A stretch of 64,000 nucleotides of DNA from an uncultured bacterium (GTDB lineage: Bacteria > UBP4 > UBA4092): assembly GCA_964644695.1 (NCBI GenBank), contig CAZXWN010000004.1:62001-126000 (forward strand). Direction: 5' to 3'. Made by a program: the position numbers and the translations under genes. Below the pieces are notes generated by a model. That model was not told the DNA's origin. It worked only from the letters and a program-made list of their open reading frames with translations, and ran no database searches. Positions 33,501-44,526 of the stretch are shown in pieces (the first letter of the stretch is position 1; each line of letters starts with the position of its first letter).

Positions 33501-33600
33501 AATTAAGAATTCCTCCACCGATAACGACAATTATCAGAAGGCACATAATTATCAAAATGTATCGAAAGGACCTGTTTATTTTCACATTTTCCACTGTCAT
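30526..33600 (-). CDS. Membrane-bound HD-GYP c-di-GMP phosphodiesterase with Cache-like, PAS and two GAF domains
   Basis: Two TMs flanking a periplasmic domain, PAS (EANHQAEKLYGY), two GAF-like segments, LHDIGK and HHEKWNGTGYP. Confidence 0.9.
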   Translation of the reverse strand: MTVENVKINRSFRYILIIMCLLIIVVIGGGILNYYKDNKTLKIEALRTLNNLTDLKIEQIVRWQNERLGDAKLIQSSKSISDAVNQFISQRNKEQQKVLLYIFDKYMQAYQYRDYRLIDNQGKVLLSGSKENNALGPYAQSISKDIIHKKTIFLSDIHVSPFNNKPHMDLWIPILYPSNEYDAPVVGAIILEIDPDQFLYPYLEKWTNPTNTSESFLVRQEGKEVVFISPLRNSKAKPLEMRIPLSRSELVAVRAIKGEKEISFGKDYRGKWVLSAAKPVPGSGWYLVAKVDLDEVLAPAKEKGLWILGTVIILVGFCLFTILLIWKQQQVHLENLALQNEMEKKRYQGRYELLAQNAYDTIVLANQDCWIIEANHQAEKLYGYTQDEIQSMKIEQLFAPECSSLLLEIREKLKTETGQIIVANHIKKNQQVFQAEISISQISIEDETYIQFIIRDISLRKKNEDELRYHVGRLELLASITTAMPGDEPLADKCEKIAGYVKDAFHLDACVIRTLDEHQDLHLLASSGLPESGKIPIMSGRLGLGKLILRDKKPIVINDVHSDSRLSNFTAMYKGGYEFISYAGAPMIVGDKVIGIIGVYSSNKLIRFTETDVKHLQIIANPVGALIANDILFKDLKNQALELEKQIQVRLESEQKAIHQLEHIHVLHEIDLLITSGANLEANLHSVLRRVQVQLRVDAVEILLLNPASFLLEYKSGIGFHLQDHFTAKLDLTEGFAGKIALEKQSKIILNIFEYSNVSSKFTEWVRKEGFRAYGGVPLISKGEIKGVMEVYSRTALPDDPDWLEFFENLGTQAAIAIDNAQLFEGLQKTNTELLRAYETTLEGWSRAMDLRDKDTEGHTQRVAQITVELATRLGIRGEEITQIKRGALLHDIGKIGVPDSILLKPGPLTDEEWGIMEMHPVYAYEMIYPIEYLRPAIDIPYCHHEKWNGTGYPRGLKGEEIPIAARIFTLVDVWDALTSDRPYRKGWPPEKVWNYIQELSGVQFDPRITRIFLNLMMDQSPKK

Positions 33601-33750
33601 ACAGATTGTCCTGCCATACCCTAGTGTACCATTGATTTAGCCGTTTTACATCCCAAATTCAAAGGGTTACCCATAAGTTAACCATTCACATCATCACCCT
33701 GTGTAATATGCTAGATTTAATTAAATAGAACCCATCAGGAAAAGATTCTC

Positions 33751-34596
33751 ATGACACCCCCATCAACTCGTTTATCACATCGAATTATTAGAAGGGCCAC
33801 CCAATTTGGATTAGCCTTCGGTCTCGGTGGGAGTCAATTAGCTACTCGACAGGAACATGCCTGGGTTCAAACGGTTCACCTGAAGGTTCCTGTTCACAAA
33901 TTACCAGATTCCCTGCAGCATTTTAAAATTGCCCACCTGACAGATATTCACCGCAGTCGTTATGTCTCCCGTAAATTTATTAAGCACTGTGTCCAAATGA
34001 CCAATGAGGAACATCCAGACATCATCTTATTAACTGGAGATTATGTCACCCATAGTATTCGTTACATCCCCATGGTTATGGAAGATTTGGCACACTTAAA
34101 AGCTAAATATGGCGTATATGCCGTATTGGGGAACCATGATTATTGGACAGACCCTGAGTTGACTATGGTCTGTATGCAGAAAGCCAATATTACCCCTCTA
34201 GTCAATGAAAGCGTATTTGTTCCCTGCAAGGATAGCGGGATTTGGATATGTGGAGTGGATGACCTGTGGGCAGGATTATTCGATTTGGATAAAACCTTCG
34301 AGGGAACATCCGGAGACCATCCCAGAGTCCTGTTAATGCATAATCCTGACTCATTTAAGGAAGCCACCCAGTTTCATCCGGATTTGATATTATGTGGACA
34401 CACGCATGGAGGCCAGGTTTCTCTACCCACCTATGGTCCCATTATTGTTCCTTCGAAATATGGAAAGAAATATGCTTCAGGATTGTTCCATCATGGATCC
34501 ACAACCATGTTTGTTAATAAAGGATTGGGACTTATTACTCCACCCGTCAGGGTCAATGTCCGGCCTGAAATAGCCATTATCACCCTCCAAAAATAA
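33751..34596 (+). CDS. Calcineurin-like metallophosphoesterase (YkuE-like)
   Basis: DIH, TGD, GNHD, HNPD, GHTHGGQ. Confidence 0.9.
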   Translation: MTPPSTRLSHRIIRRATQFGLAFGLGGSQLATRQEHAWVQTVHLKVPVHKLPDSLQHFKIAHLTDIHRSRYVSRKFIKHCVQMTNEEHPDIILLTGDYVTHSIRYIPMVMEDLAHLKAKYGVYAVLGNHDYWTDPELTMVCMQKANITPLVNESVFVPCKDSGIWICGVDDLWAGLFDLDKTFEGTSGDHPRVLLMHNPDSFKEATQFHPDLILCGHTHGGQVSLPTYGPIIVPSKYGKKYASGLFHHGSTTMFVNKGLGLITPPVRVNVRPEIAIITLQK

Positions 34597-34614
34597 CCAG
34601 GGATATTTCCGCTG

Positions 34615-36111
34615 CTATTTTGCCTTTTTTATTTGTTTCTCAGCAGCTTTGATGGCTGTTTCTAAGACCTTGATTCGGGCATACCGCTTACAATTGGATT
34701 CCACAATCGTCCATGGAGCATACGTCGTACTGGTCTTTAAGAGCATATCTTCGTAGGCTTCTTTATACAGAGCCCATTTCTCACGATTCCGCCAGTCTTC
34801 TTCTGTGATTTTCCATTGTTTGGCAGGGTCATTTTGTCGTGTTTCAAATCGAAGGATTTGCTCCTCCGGGGTAATATGAAGAAAGAACTTCACGACGACT
34901 ATCCCAAAACTGGTAAACTGTTCCTCCATCTCATTTATTTCCTGGTAAGCTCTCTTCCACTCAGTTTCTGTGCAATAGTTCTCAATCCGCTCTACCAATA
35001 TTCGCCCATACCACGTTCGGTCAAAGATGGCGATATGACCCGCCTTCGGAACATTCTTCCAGAATCGCCAGAGATAATGATGGGCTTTTTCCAACGCAGT
35101 TGGGGCCGCAATCGGTACCACCTCATATCCACGAGGATCCAGATTAGCCGTCAAGCGCCGAATGTTTCCACCTTTGCCCGCAGCATCCCAACCCTCAAAA
35201 AGAATTATCATCGGGATTCGGTGACGATATAAATCAAACTGGACACTACGAAATTCATCCTGGAGTTTACCCAGCTTTTTATCATATTCAGCCTTATCCA
35301 GAATATGACTCATATCCAGTGAGTCCAAGATTGAGTTCCTTGCTAAAAGCGTAGCAGGTTCAATCCTTTTTTTCTCCGGTAATGTTGTAGTTCCACCAGA
35401 AACTTGATTCAACCTTTCCTGGATTCGGCGTTCAAACTCCTGCATAATTTTGACCGCAGCATATCGAGTGTCATGGGCCTCAACAATTGTCCAGGGAGCA
35501 TAGACCGTATCTGTTGCTTCAATCATTTCATCGCCCGCCTGCAAATACTCATCATACCGCCGGCTTTTCTCCCAGTCTTTCTTAGTTACCCGCCATGCAC
35601 TTTCTGGATTCTCTTCAAATTTCTTGAATCTCTTCTGTTGCTCCTTGCTGCTAATATGCAGGTAATACTTGATGATGACCATCCCATCCCGGGTCAACTG
35701 CTCTTCAAAGGAGTTTATTTCTTCATAGTCATTCAGGCAGTCCGCTCTATTTTTCCCATTCTCAACACGTTCAGAAAACACCCGTTGATACCAGCTTCTA
35801 TCAAATAAATGGATTCGGCCCCGCTCTGGAGTCTTGACCCAAAACCTCCAGAGAAAAGGTCGTAATGCCTGTTCCTCATCCGGAGGTTTTACCGTATATA
35901 CTTTGAATCCCCTGGGATCTAATGGCAGAATCAAACGATTTATTAACGTCCCTTTCCCTGCGGCACTCATCCCCTCAAAAACAACCATAACAGGTATCCC
36001 CGCCTGTTTAGCCTGACGTTGTAATTGCCCCAAACTGATTTCCAGGGTTTCTATTACAGACTTATATTCGTCTTTGTTCAAACGAACCTTCAAATTGATG
36101 TCCTGTAACAT
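34615..36111 (-). CDS. pap: Two-domain PPK2, polyphosphate:AMP phosphotransferase
   Basis: Tandem PPK2 domains (FEGMSAAGKG...DPRG...FDRSWY and FEGWDAAGKGG...DPRG...FDRTWY); GGAGG RBS before ATG 36111. Confidence 0.88.
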   Translation of the reverse strand: MLQDINLKVRLNKDEYKSVIETLEISLGQLQRQAKQAGIPVMVVFEGMSAAGKGTLINRLILPLDPRGFKVYTVKPPDEEQALRPFLWRFWVKTPERGRIHLFDRSWYQRVFSERVENGKNRADCLNDYEEINSFEEQLTRDGMVIIKYYLHISSKEQQKRFKKFEENPESAWRVTKKDWEKSRRYDEYLQAGDEMIEATDTVYAPWTIVEAHDTRYAAVKIMQEFERRIQERLNQVSGGTTTLPEKKRIEPATLLARNSILDSLDMSHILDKAEYDKKLGKLQDEFRSVQFDLYRHRIPMIILFEGWDAAGKGGNIRRLTANLDPRGYEVVPIAAPTALEKAHHYLWRFWKNVPKAGHIAIFDRTWYGRILVERIENYCTETEWKRAYQEINEMEEQFTSFGIVVVKFFLHITPEEQILRFETRQNDPAKQWKITEEDWRNREKWALYKEAYEDMLLKTSTTYAPWTIVESNCKRYARIKVLETAIKAAEKQIKKAK

Positions 36112-36130
36112 GGAAAGTCCTCCACCCCCT

Positions 36131-36162
36131 AAAAGAAAACCGGCGGCATCACTGCCACCGGT
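36131..36162 (-). terminator. Terminator-like hairpin upstream of pap
   Basis: accgg.ggca/tgcc.ccggt plus U-rich tail on the minus strand. Confidence 0.55.
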
Positions 36163-36171
36163 CATTATCTT

Positions 36172-36552
36172 TTATTTTTCAGGTTCATCCTGGCTGTCTT
36201 CATCCATCTCCGGCATATTCCCGACATCCAAAGCATTCATATATTCGGTAATAATGAACCTTGCATTATCTGCCTCCGAAGAAATAACCCAGAGATATCC
36301 ATCTTTAAACATATAGGGAATCTCCGAATCACGCATGATGTTGGCATACAAAGCGGCCTGAATCCCATCCTCAATCGGCATCAAAGGTTCCATGCTCTTG
36401 GGTTCATTGGATTCCTCATCATCACCCGGGAAACCAATATCGGCAGGCTCATCAAATCCCTTCGGTTGCTCTTCGACTAACTCAATTTGGCAATCCGGAC
36501 ATAGTTTTCGGCCCGGCATATACTCAAATCCACACTGTGGACACCAAGGCAT
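36172..36552 (-). CDS. Zinc-ribbon plus DUF2007-like acidic protein
   Basis: WCPQCGFEY...CPDCQIELVE, then ALYANIMRDSEIP. Confidence 0.75.
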   Translation of the reverse strand: MPWCPQCGFEYMPGRKLCPDCQIELVEEQPKGFDEPADIGFPGDDEESNEPKSMEPLMPIEDGIQAALYANIMRDSEIPYMFKDGYLWVISSEADNARFIITEYMNALDVGNMPEMDEDSQDEPEK

Positions 36553-36578
36553 ATATTATCTCCTCTATAACTTTCAGT

Positions 36579-37793
36579 TTAATCCAACTTTAGATTGGTA
36601 ATGTCATTTTTTATGATTTCGCCAGGTCGAGTGGTTAATCCAGGCCAAATCTTCCGTCCTGGATATATGCCTGTTTTAATGCCGATGCGGGCACCCGCTC
36701 CAATCACCGTTCCGAACCGTTCCCGCCCCGTATCCACCAAGGTAGACTTTACGACAGATTTCACGGTACTCCCATCATGCCGCCAATTGGCAACAACGGT
36801 CGAAGCTCCCACATTGACATTCTCAGCCAACACCGAGTCTGCAATGTAACACCCGTAATTGATCACACTGTTATTCATAACAATGGAATTCTTTAACTCA
36901 GTTCCGTGCCCGACCGTCACCCCATTACCCAAGGTTGTTTTCGGGCGGATAAAGGCTCCAGGGCCAATCAGACAGTCTTCTCCAATCAAAGTTGGGCCCT
37001 CAATATAAGCTCCGCTGCAGACTCGGGTTCCCTTTCCAATCACGACGGGTCCCTTAATCACAGCGCCCGGTTCAACATCGCCCTGGATATCTGCTTCCAA
37101 CGATTCCAGAAAGTATTCATTGGCATTCAGTAAATCCCATGGAAAGCCGATGGGAGACCAATACCCTTGAAGTTCAAGACACTGCACCGGGGTCATACTC
37201 GCCAAACGGTTGGTTCCATCAGCCGCTTCATATTCACCCCTAGGTGATTTTGGGATATTTTTCAAGCACTCAAAGATTCTCCGGTCAAAGGTGTGTAATC
37301 CAGTACTGGCCAAATCACCCACAAACTCTTTTGGTTTTTCTACAATCTTCTGAAGAATCCCATCCTGATGGGTTAAAACCCCAAAAGACTGTGGATTGGG
37401 TACGCGTTTCCCAACCGCACTATTGGGGTACTGTAAGGCAGCCTCAATATCCACACGCGCACAAAGATCGTCACCCACCATCATCACAAACCGGTCTCGG
37501 ATAAAAGGCTCTGCCTGCAGTATTGCATGGCCAGCCCCCAGTTGTTCCTTTTGCTCTACATATATCAATCGGATACCCCGATATTCATTCCCAAAGTGGT
37601 TTTCAATCATATCCCTACGATATCCGACGATTATTACCGCTTCATCCACCAACCCCACTAATCGGTCCAAATTATGGGCTAATATGGGTTTATTAGCAAC
37701 AGGAAGCAAGGGCTTGGGTTGAGTAACAGTTAAAGGGTAAACGCGGGTTGATTTTCCAGCGGCCAGAATTACAGCCTGAGGTTTATCAGACAT
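36579..37793 (-). CDS. Archaeal GlmU-type sugar-1-phosphate nucleotidyltransferase with a left-handed beta-helix domain
   Basis: ILAAGKSTR..PLT...PKPLLPVANKP, VEKP, hexapeptide repeats, ANWRHD...VDTGR..FG C-terminus. Confidence 0.85.
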   Translation of the reverse strand: MSDKPQAVILAAGKSTRVYPLTVTQPKPLLPVANKPILAHNLDRLVGLVDEAVIIVGYRRDMIENHFGNEYRGIRLIYVEQKEQLGAGHAILQAEPFIRDRFVMMVGDDLCARVDIEAALQYPNSAVGKRVPNPQSFGVLTHQDGILQKIVEKPKEFVGDLASTGLHTFDRRIFECLKNIPKSPRGEYEAADGTNRLASMTPVQCLELQGYWSPIGFPWDLLNANEYFLESLEADIQGDVEPGAVIKGPVVIGKGTRVCSGAYIEGPTLIGEDCLIGPGAFIRPKTTLGNGVTVGHGTELKNSIVMNNSVINYGCYIADSVLAENVNVGASTVVANWRHDGSTVKSVVKSTLVDTGRERFGTVIGAGARIGIKTGIYPGRKIWPGLTTRPGEIIKNDITNLKLD

Positions 37794-37868
37794 AAATAAT
37801 TACTCCATCTTATTAAAAAATCACTACAATGGGTAACATTTTATCTGATTTGAATGAAAAGGGGGAAT

Positions 37869-37908
37869 AAAAAAAAGGCGGCATCACTTTTACAAGTAAT
37901 GCCGCTTT
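37869..37908 (-). terminator. Terminator after the prepilin gene
   Basis: gcggcat.actt/aagt.atgccgc stem plus long U-run. Confidence 0.85.
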
Positions 37909-37934
37909 GTTTCTTATTTTAAGAAAACTTATGA

Positions 37935-38540
37935 CTATGGACCACGGCGCCAAACGTCACCACCGGAAGTGGTTCCATTGGTCGGATCATAGGTAAACGG
38001 AGAATTTTCGAGCTTGAAGCCTGCGGCCTGACCCATATAGTTGTCATTCCAAGCAGATTCTTCAGCCATTGTTGTGCTACCGTAACCATCGACTACGTCC
38101 GGACCATAAGAAGAAATGATCCAGCCAGAACCGGGCCAGTTACCCTGACGCTGTCCAGCGGTAGCCGGACCACCATTATAACCATAGAAACCCTTACCGT
38201 TTTGACGGAATGGATCTTTGAATAGGTTGCTAATGAAAGCAACCGGAGTGGTTAATGCACGGGGAAGAACACCACCATTAGCATAATCACCATCAACCGG
38301 GCTGAGGATGAATTGCGGTGGAACAGCGGTATTCACGGCATCCGCACGGGGATAAATGTTGTTATCAACATAATAAGATTCCAAAGCGGTAGCCATGCTC
38401 TGCATTTCAGCTTTAACCTTAGAAACTTTAGAACGAGTTTGCGCGGCAAGGAAGTTCGGAATCGCAATGGCCGCGAGGATAGCGATGATAGCAACGACGA
38501 TCAACAATTCAATTAAGGTAAACCCTTTATATCCTTTCAT
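37935..38540 (-). CDS. Type IV pilin or T2SS pseudopilin (prepilin N-methylation domain)
   Basis: KG|FTLIELLIVVAIIAILAAIAIPNF class III signal; AGGAGG RBS; C-terminal SYGPD and YDPTNGT motifs. Confidence 0.92.
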   Translation of the reverse strand: MKGYKGFTLIELLIVVAIIAILAAIAIPNFLAAQTRSKVSKVKAEMQSMATALESYYVDNNIYPRADAVNTAVPPQFILSPVDGDYANGGVLPRALTTPVAFISNLFKDPFRQNGKGFYGYNGGPATAGQRQGNWPGSGWIISSYGPDVVDGYGSTTMAEESAWNDNYMGQAAGFKLENSPFTYDPTNGTTSGGDVWRRGP

Positions 38541-39070
38541 ATTTTTCCCTCCTTTCTACTTTAAAATTGTAATTCTTTACTGTCAGAATTATATCGCTTT
38601 TTTTTGATTTCAACATTAAATCTGTCTTAATCATTATATAGTTGTAATTTTAAAATACAACCACCTTGCAAATATACTAGGTTACATTGGGGTTGTCAAG
38701 AATTATTTTATAATACAAATCCACCCCTGGATTCTTTTAAATTCTATCACATATTTATGCCAACTTCGACAATTCATTTAATCAAGTTATAGTACCTTAT
38801 TTTACTGTGAATAAATACCACATAAACCATTGATATTGTTTATTTTAAATACGCATAAATAAGTCCGACAACAGTTTCCAGAATCACAGAGAATTGATTA
38901 ACGCTTGATACAGAAGTCTATTAAAAACCCAAAGAAATCTACGACCCCTGTTTATATCTTGAAATCGATATAAGGGCATACAAAAAGGGGTTAAATCAAA
39001 CCATCCTTCAACCGACTCTTCTTTTCAAAGATAACTCCCTGTTTATAAAAAGGTTAAGTCCCTTACATAC

Positions 39071-39115
39071 CGAAGGATTCACGGAGCAGCTCGGAGTAAG
39101 CCCGTGGATGATTCG
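39071..39115. repeat. 45-bp palindromic intergenic repeat, copy 3 (core inverted)
   Basis: cgaaggattcacggagcagctcggagtaagcccgtggatgattcg; its reverse complement closely matches copy 5. Confidence 0.82.
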
Positions 39116-39127
39116 TCACCAGACAAT

Positions 39128-39162
39128 AAAAAAACCGGAGAATTTTCATAGATTCTCCGGTT
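39128..39162 (-). terminator. atp operon terminator
   Basis: aaccggagaat/attctccggtt stem plus U-run. Confidence 0.85.
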
Positions 39163-39180
39163 ATAGGATTTTCTTTTAAC

Positions 39181-39456
39181 TTATTGGTCGTTTTCGTCTT
39201 GGGCGATTGAATCAGAGAGAATGGTCACTTGGTTAGAAGACACTTCCAACATACCACCCTGGATGTCATATAGGGCTTCCTGTCCATTTTCTAGTCTGAT
39301 GGTCAATTTACCATTGCTTAAAGCCGTCATTAAAGGGGCATGGTGGGCCAAAATACCAATATACCCCATAATACCCGGCGCGATAATAGATTCTGCGGTA
39401 CCGTTAAAAACAATCCGTTCCGGGGTCACAATTGAGAGTTTAAAGGTATTGGCCAT
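39181..39456 (-). CDS. atpC: ATP synthase epsilon subunit (N-terminal domain only)
   Basis: IVTPER...PGIMGYIGILAHHAPL...GGMLEV; last gene of the atp operon. Confidence 0.93.
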   Translation of the reverse strand: MANTFKLSIVTPERIVFNGTAESIIAPGIMGYIGILAHHAPLMTALSNGKLTIRLENGQEALYDIQGGMLEVSSNQVTILSDSIAQDENDQ

Positions 39457-39475
39457 GCTAAGAGTATCCTATATC

Positions 39476-40906
<1,431 letters not shown>

Positions 40907-40918
40907 TCAGGGATTGAC

Positions 40919-41800
40919 TTAGCTCTTAAGAGCTTCAGACCCACCGACAATTTCAGAAATTTCCTTAGTAATCTGTGCCTGACGAATCTTGTTGGCCTTA
41001 AGGGTCAGGCTGTCTATCATATCCTGTGCGGCCGTTGTTGCATTTTTCATGGAAATCATCCGGGCACTGTGCTCGGAAGTAAAGGATTCTGCCACTGCGC
41101 TGAACATTCGAGTGCCCAAATAACGAGGCAGGAAATCGTGGAATATCTTGGCAGCATCGGGTTCGAATATATAATCCAATTCCATTTCATGTCCCGATTT
41201 TTTGGCAGAAGAATCCGGTGAGACTTGTATTTCAAAAGGCAGATACTTAAACATCGTCGGTTCATAACGCATGGCAGAAAGATATCTAGTGTGGAGCAGA
41301 TAAATCTCATCTGCTTCGCCCGACTCAAATATGCCAATTACTTTCTGGGTAACTTGATTAATCCGTGCATAATCGACATTCCCCAAAAGGTCCGTAATGC
41401 TCATGACAATCGGCCATTGCCGCCGCTTAAAGTAGTCATAAGCCTTTTTACCGATAATAGCCAGTTTTACATGGTCTTTGGGTTTGGAGAGGAGAAATTC
41501 TTCGGCCTTACGGATAATGTTCATATTATAAGAGCCGCAGAGGCCTTTGTCGCTGGCAACGATTACTAAAAGGGTGGACTTGACCGTTCTTGAGTCCAGC
41601 AGGGGATGAGATAAATCCCGGACGCTGGGTAAAAGGCGGTTCATCAGTTCTTCCATTTTTCGGCAATAGGGCCGGGATGACATAAGGCGAAATTCAGATT
41701 TTTTCAGCTTCGCCGCTGCCACCATTTGCATGGCTTTGGTTATCTGACGCGTGTTTTTAACACTGCGGATCTGATTGCGTGTCTGTCTTAATGATGCCAT
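40919..41800 (-). CDS. atpG: ATP synthase gamma subunit
   Basis: QITKAMQMVAAAK, SDKGLCG, RQAQITKEISEIVGG. Confidence 0.97.
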   Translation of the reverse strand: MASLRQTRNQIRSVKNTRQITKAMQMVAAAKLKKSEFRLMSSRPYCRKMEELMNRLLPSVRDLSHPLLDSRTVKSTLLVIVASDKGLCGSYNMNIIRKAEEFLLSKPKDHVKLAIIGKKAYDYFKRRQWPIVMSITDLLGNVDYARINQVTQKVIGIFESGEADEIYLLHTRYLSAMRYEPTMFKYLPFEIQVSPDSSAKKSGHEMELDYIFEPDAAKIFHDFLPRYLGTRMFSAVAESFTSEHSARMISMKNATTAAQDMIDSLTLKANKIRQAQITKEISEIVGGSEALKS

Positions 41801-41806
41801 TACAAG

Positions 41807-43315
41807 TTATGCCTTATATGAAGTTTTAAATTGTTTAATCGCCTGTTCCAATTCAGCAGCCAGTTCATCACTGAGGACTTTCGTATCAGCGATATCATGC
41901 ATAATCTTGGGATATTCTTTTTGAAGGAATAAGACCAGTTGTTTTTCGAATTTCTTCAACAATTCAATCGGCTGGTCATCTAACAACCCTCGAGTCGCTG
42001 CAAAAATGATGACGACTTGTTGTTCCAAATTCATGGGGACATATTGGCCTTGCTTCAGCACTTCAACAACTCTTTCACCGCGAGTTAACTGGGACTGAGT
42101 GGCTTTATCTAAGTCAGAGCCGAACTGGGCAAATGCGGCTAATTCACGATACTGGGCCAAATCAAGACGTAAGCGCCCTGCAATCTTCTTCATGGCTTTT
42201 GTCTGCGCTGCACCACCAACACGCGACACAGAAATACCAACGTTGATAGCAGGCCGAACCCCTGCGTAGAACAAGTCTGTTTCCAGAAAGATTTGACCAT
42301 CGGTAATGGAGATAACATTCGTAGGAATATAAGCCGAGACATCGCCCGCCTGTGTTTCGATAATGGGTAATGCCGTCAAAGAACCCCCGCCTAATTCCTG
42401 AGACAATTTGGCGGCTCTTTCCAACAATCGGGAATGGCAATAGAAAACATCACCCGGATAGGCTTCCCGTCCCGGAGGACGACGTAATAGAAGTGATAAT
42501 TGACGATAGGCCTGTGCCTGTTTAGTTAAGTCATCATAGACGACCAGAGCGTGTTTTCCGTTATACATGAAATATTCGCCCATAGCACATCCGGCATATG
42601 GAGCGATGTATTGCAGAGACGCAGCATCATCAGCGGGTGCAGATACAATGGTGGTATATTCCATAGCGCCGTGTTTTCGTAACTCTTCGGCTACACCAAC
42701 GATGTTTGAAGACTTCTGCCCAATACCCACATAAATACAATAAACACCTTTACCTTTTTGGTTAATAATGGTGTCTACGGCAACAGCAGTCTTTCCAGTT
42801 TGCCGGTCACCGATGATCAATTCACGTTGACCACGGCCAATAGGAATCATCGAGTCCACTGCTTTAAGCCCAGTCATTAACGGCTCATAAACAGGCTGTC
42901 TCTGTAACACATTCGGAGAACCTGCTTCTATGGCGCGGAATTCCTTGGTAGCGATGGGGCCTTTGCCATCCAGTGGATGTCCTAGTGAGTTTACAACACG
43001 ACCCAATAACGCTTCACCCACCGGTACCTGGGCAATCCGGCCGGTCCGTTTTACCAAGTCACCTTCTTTGATATCACGGTCTGAACCGAACAAAACCGCA
43101 CCCACGGAATCTTCTTCCAGATTGAGTGCCATACCCATAACATCGCCAGTGAACTGGAGCAGCTCACCACTCATCACATTGTCCAACCCATAAATCCGGG
43201 CAATATTATCACCAACCTGCAGGATGATACCAACATCTTCCATCTTCAGGTCGCTTTTATATCGTTCCAGTTCTGCCTGGATTATGGAGCTGACTTCTTC
43301 GGGTCGTAATGCCAT
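41807..43315 (-). CDS. atpA: ATP synthase alpha subunit
   Basis: [32 protein letters not shown] before ATG 43315. Confidence 0.98.
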   Translation of the reverse strand: MALRPEEVSSIIQAELERYKSDLKMEDVGIILQVGDNIARIYGLDNVMSGELLQFTGDVMGMALNLEEDSVGAVLFGSDRDIKEGDLVKRTGRIAQVPVGEALLGRVVNSLGHPLDGKGPIATKEFRAIEAGSPNVLQRQPVYEPLMTGLKAVDSMIPIGRGQRELIIGDRQTGKTAVAVDTIINQKGKGVYCIYVGIGQKSSNIVGVAEELRKHGAMEYTTIVSAPADDAASLQYIAPYAGCAMGEYFMYNGKHALVVYDDLTKQAQAYRQLSLLLRRPPGREAYPGDVFYCHSRLLERAAKLSQELGGGSLTALPIIETQAGDVSAYIPTNVISITDGQIFLETDLFYAGVRPAINVGISVSRVGGAAQTKAMKKIAGRLRLDLAQYRELAAFAQFGSDLDKATQSQLTRGERVVEVLKQGQYVPMNLEQQVVIIFAATRGLLDDQPIELLKKFEKQLVLFLQKEYPKIMHDIADTKVLSDELAAELEQAIKQFKTSYKA

Positions 43316-43384
43316 ATTTATCTCCTTGAACAACCTGGTAATTCACTCCAGGCTTTTACCGTTCAAAATGTATATGCAATCTTC

Positions 43385-43933
43385 TTAATGAACATGCACC
43401 GACATAAGTCGGTCTCTTAAATTATTTAATTGGCTGCGAAAACTTCCGTCAATCATATGGTTATGAAAATTCACTATTACGCCGCCCAATATCCGTTTAT
43501 CTACTTTATGTTCCAACCGGATTTGTTTACCCGTTAACACTTGCAGTTTCAGTTGTAACTTATTCGAAAGGTCTTCCGACATGGGAACAGCTGTAATCAC
43601 CTGGGCCTTCTGAATGCCAGCTTCCTCATCCACTTTTTCAAAGAAAAACTCAATTATCTCAGACATCTGGCTGATACGCTTATGCCGTAACAAAATCAGA
43701 ATAAATTCGTATGTAAGCTGGGAGACTTTCCCCTCCAGAACCGCCCGAATAAATTTCATTTTCTCATCCAGGGAGAACTGTGGACCTTCGATAAATCGAC
43801 GAAAGTCCTGTTTTGTTTCCATGATGGGTTGAAACAACTGCATTTCACTGACAATCTGGTCCAGAATCCCCAACTTACGAGATTCCTGATAAAGCGCATG
43901 CGCATAGATTATGGAGGATATGGGATCTTTCAT
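43385..43933 (-). CDS. atpH: ATP synthase delta subunit
   Basis: YAHAL..., VITAVP, VDKRILGG...IDGS; operon position. Confidence 0.92.
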   Translation of the reverse strand: MKDPISSIIYAHALYQESRKLGILDQIVSEMQLFQPIMETKQDFRRFIEGPQFSLDEKMKFIRAVLEGKVSQLTYEFILILLRHKRISQMSEIIEFFFEKVDEEAGIQKAQVITAVPMSEDLSNKLQLKLQVLTGKQIRLEHKVDKRILGGVIVNFHNHMIDGSFRSQLNNLRDRLMSVHVH

Positions 43934-44424
43934 TTAAGCTGCCCAATCTCATCAATAAAATCTTCTATTTCCTTCCGATGACGTGCCTCATCAAGCTGGT
44001 CTTTGATAACCTTTTCGGCAGCAGCCATAGACAATGTTACAATCTGATTCCGGAGTTCCATTCTCGCCTTAGAGACTTCCAACTCGATGCTGGTTTTCGC
44101 TTTTTCCAGAATTTCGTGGGCTTCTGTGCGAGCTTTGGTTTGCATTTCAGTAGAGACCCTATGTCCTTCACTTATAGCCAGGGCTTCTTTTTCCCGAGCA
44201 ATCTGGTCGATATGGGCCAGCTTCTCATTCAAATCATCACGAATTTTCTCGACATCCGCTCGAGCCTTCTCAACTTTGGCAAAGTCGTCCAGAATCTTCT
44301 GCTTCCGAGCATCCATCATCGCAAGGAGAGGACCCCAGGCAAATTTCTTTAATAGCCAAAATAGAAGGATAAATCCTACTATCTGTGTCAGTAGTTGTTT
44401 TATTCCAATATCCAATGCAGTCAA
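43930..44424 (-). CDS. atpF: ATP synthase b subunit
   Basis: QIVGFILLFWLLKKFAWGPL TM plus coiled coil; operon position. Confidence 0.93.
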   Translation of the reverse strand: MTALDIGIKQLLTQIVGFILLFWLLKKFAWGPLLAMMDARKQKILDDFAKVEKARADVEKIRDDLNEKLAHIDQIAREKEALAISEGHRVSTEMQTKARTEAHEILEKAKTSIELEVSKARMELRNQIVTLSMAAAEKVIKDQLDEARHRKEIEDFIDEIGQLK

Positions 44425-44526
44425 CCTCTCTGTAGTTCCGGTCAGGTTACTCCGGAATGGATAAGTATTCAGAAAAGGGGATTTGACCTGTTGCCAAATC
44501 CCTGAATCTCAAGACTAATCCAGTGG

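Noticed and set aside
35960-35985. Degenerate Walker A region (EGMSAAGKG) in the first PPK2 domain as a novelty
   Set aside because: A degenerate N-terminal domain is expected in two-domain PPK2 enzymes
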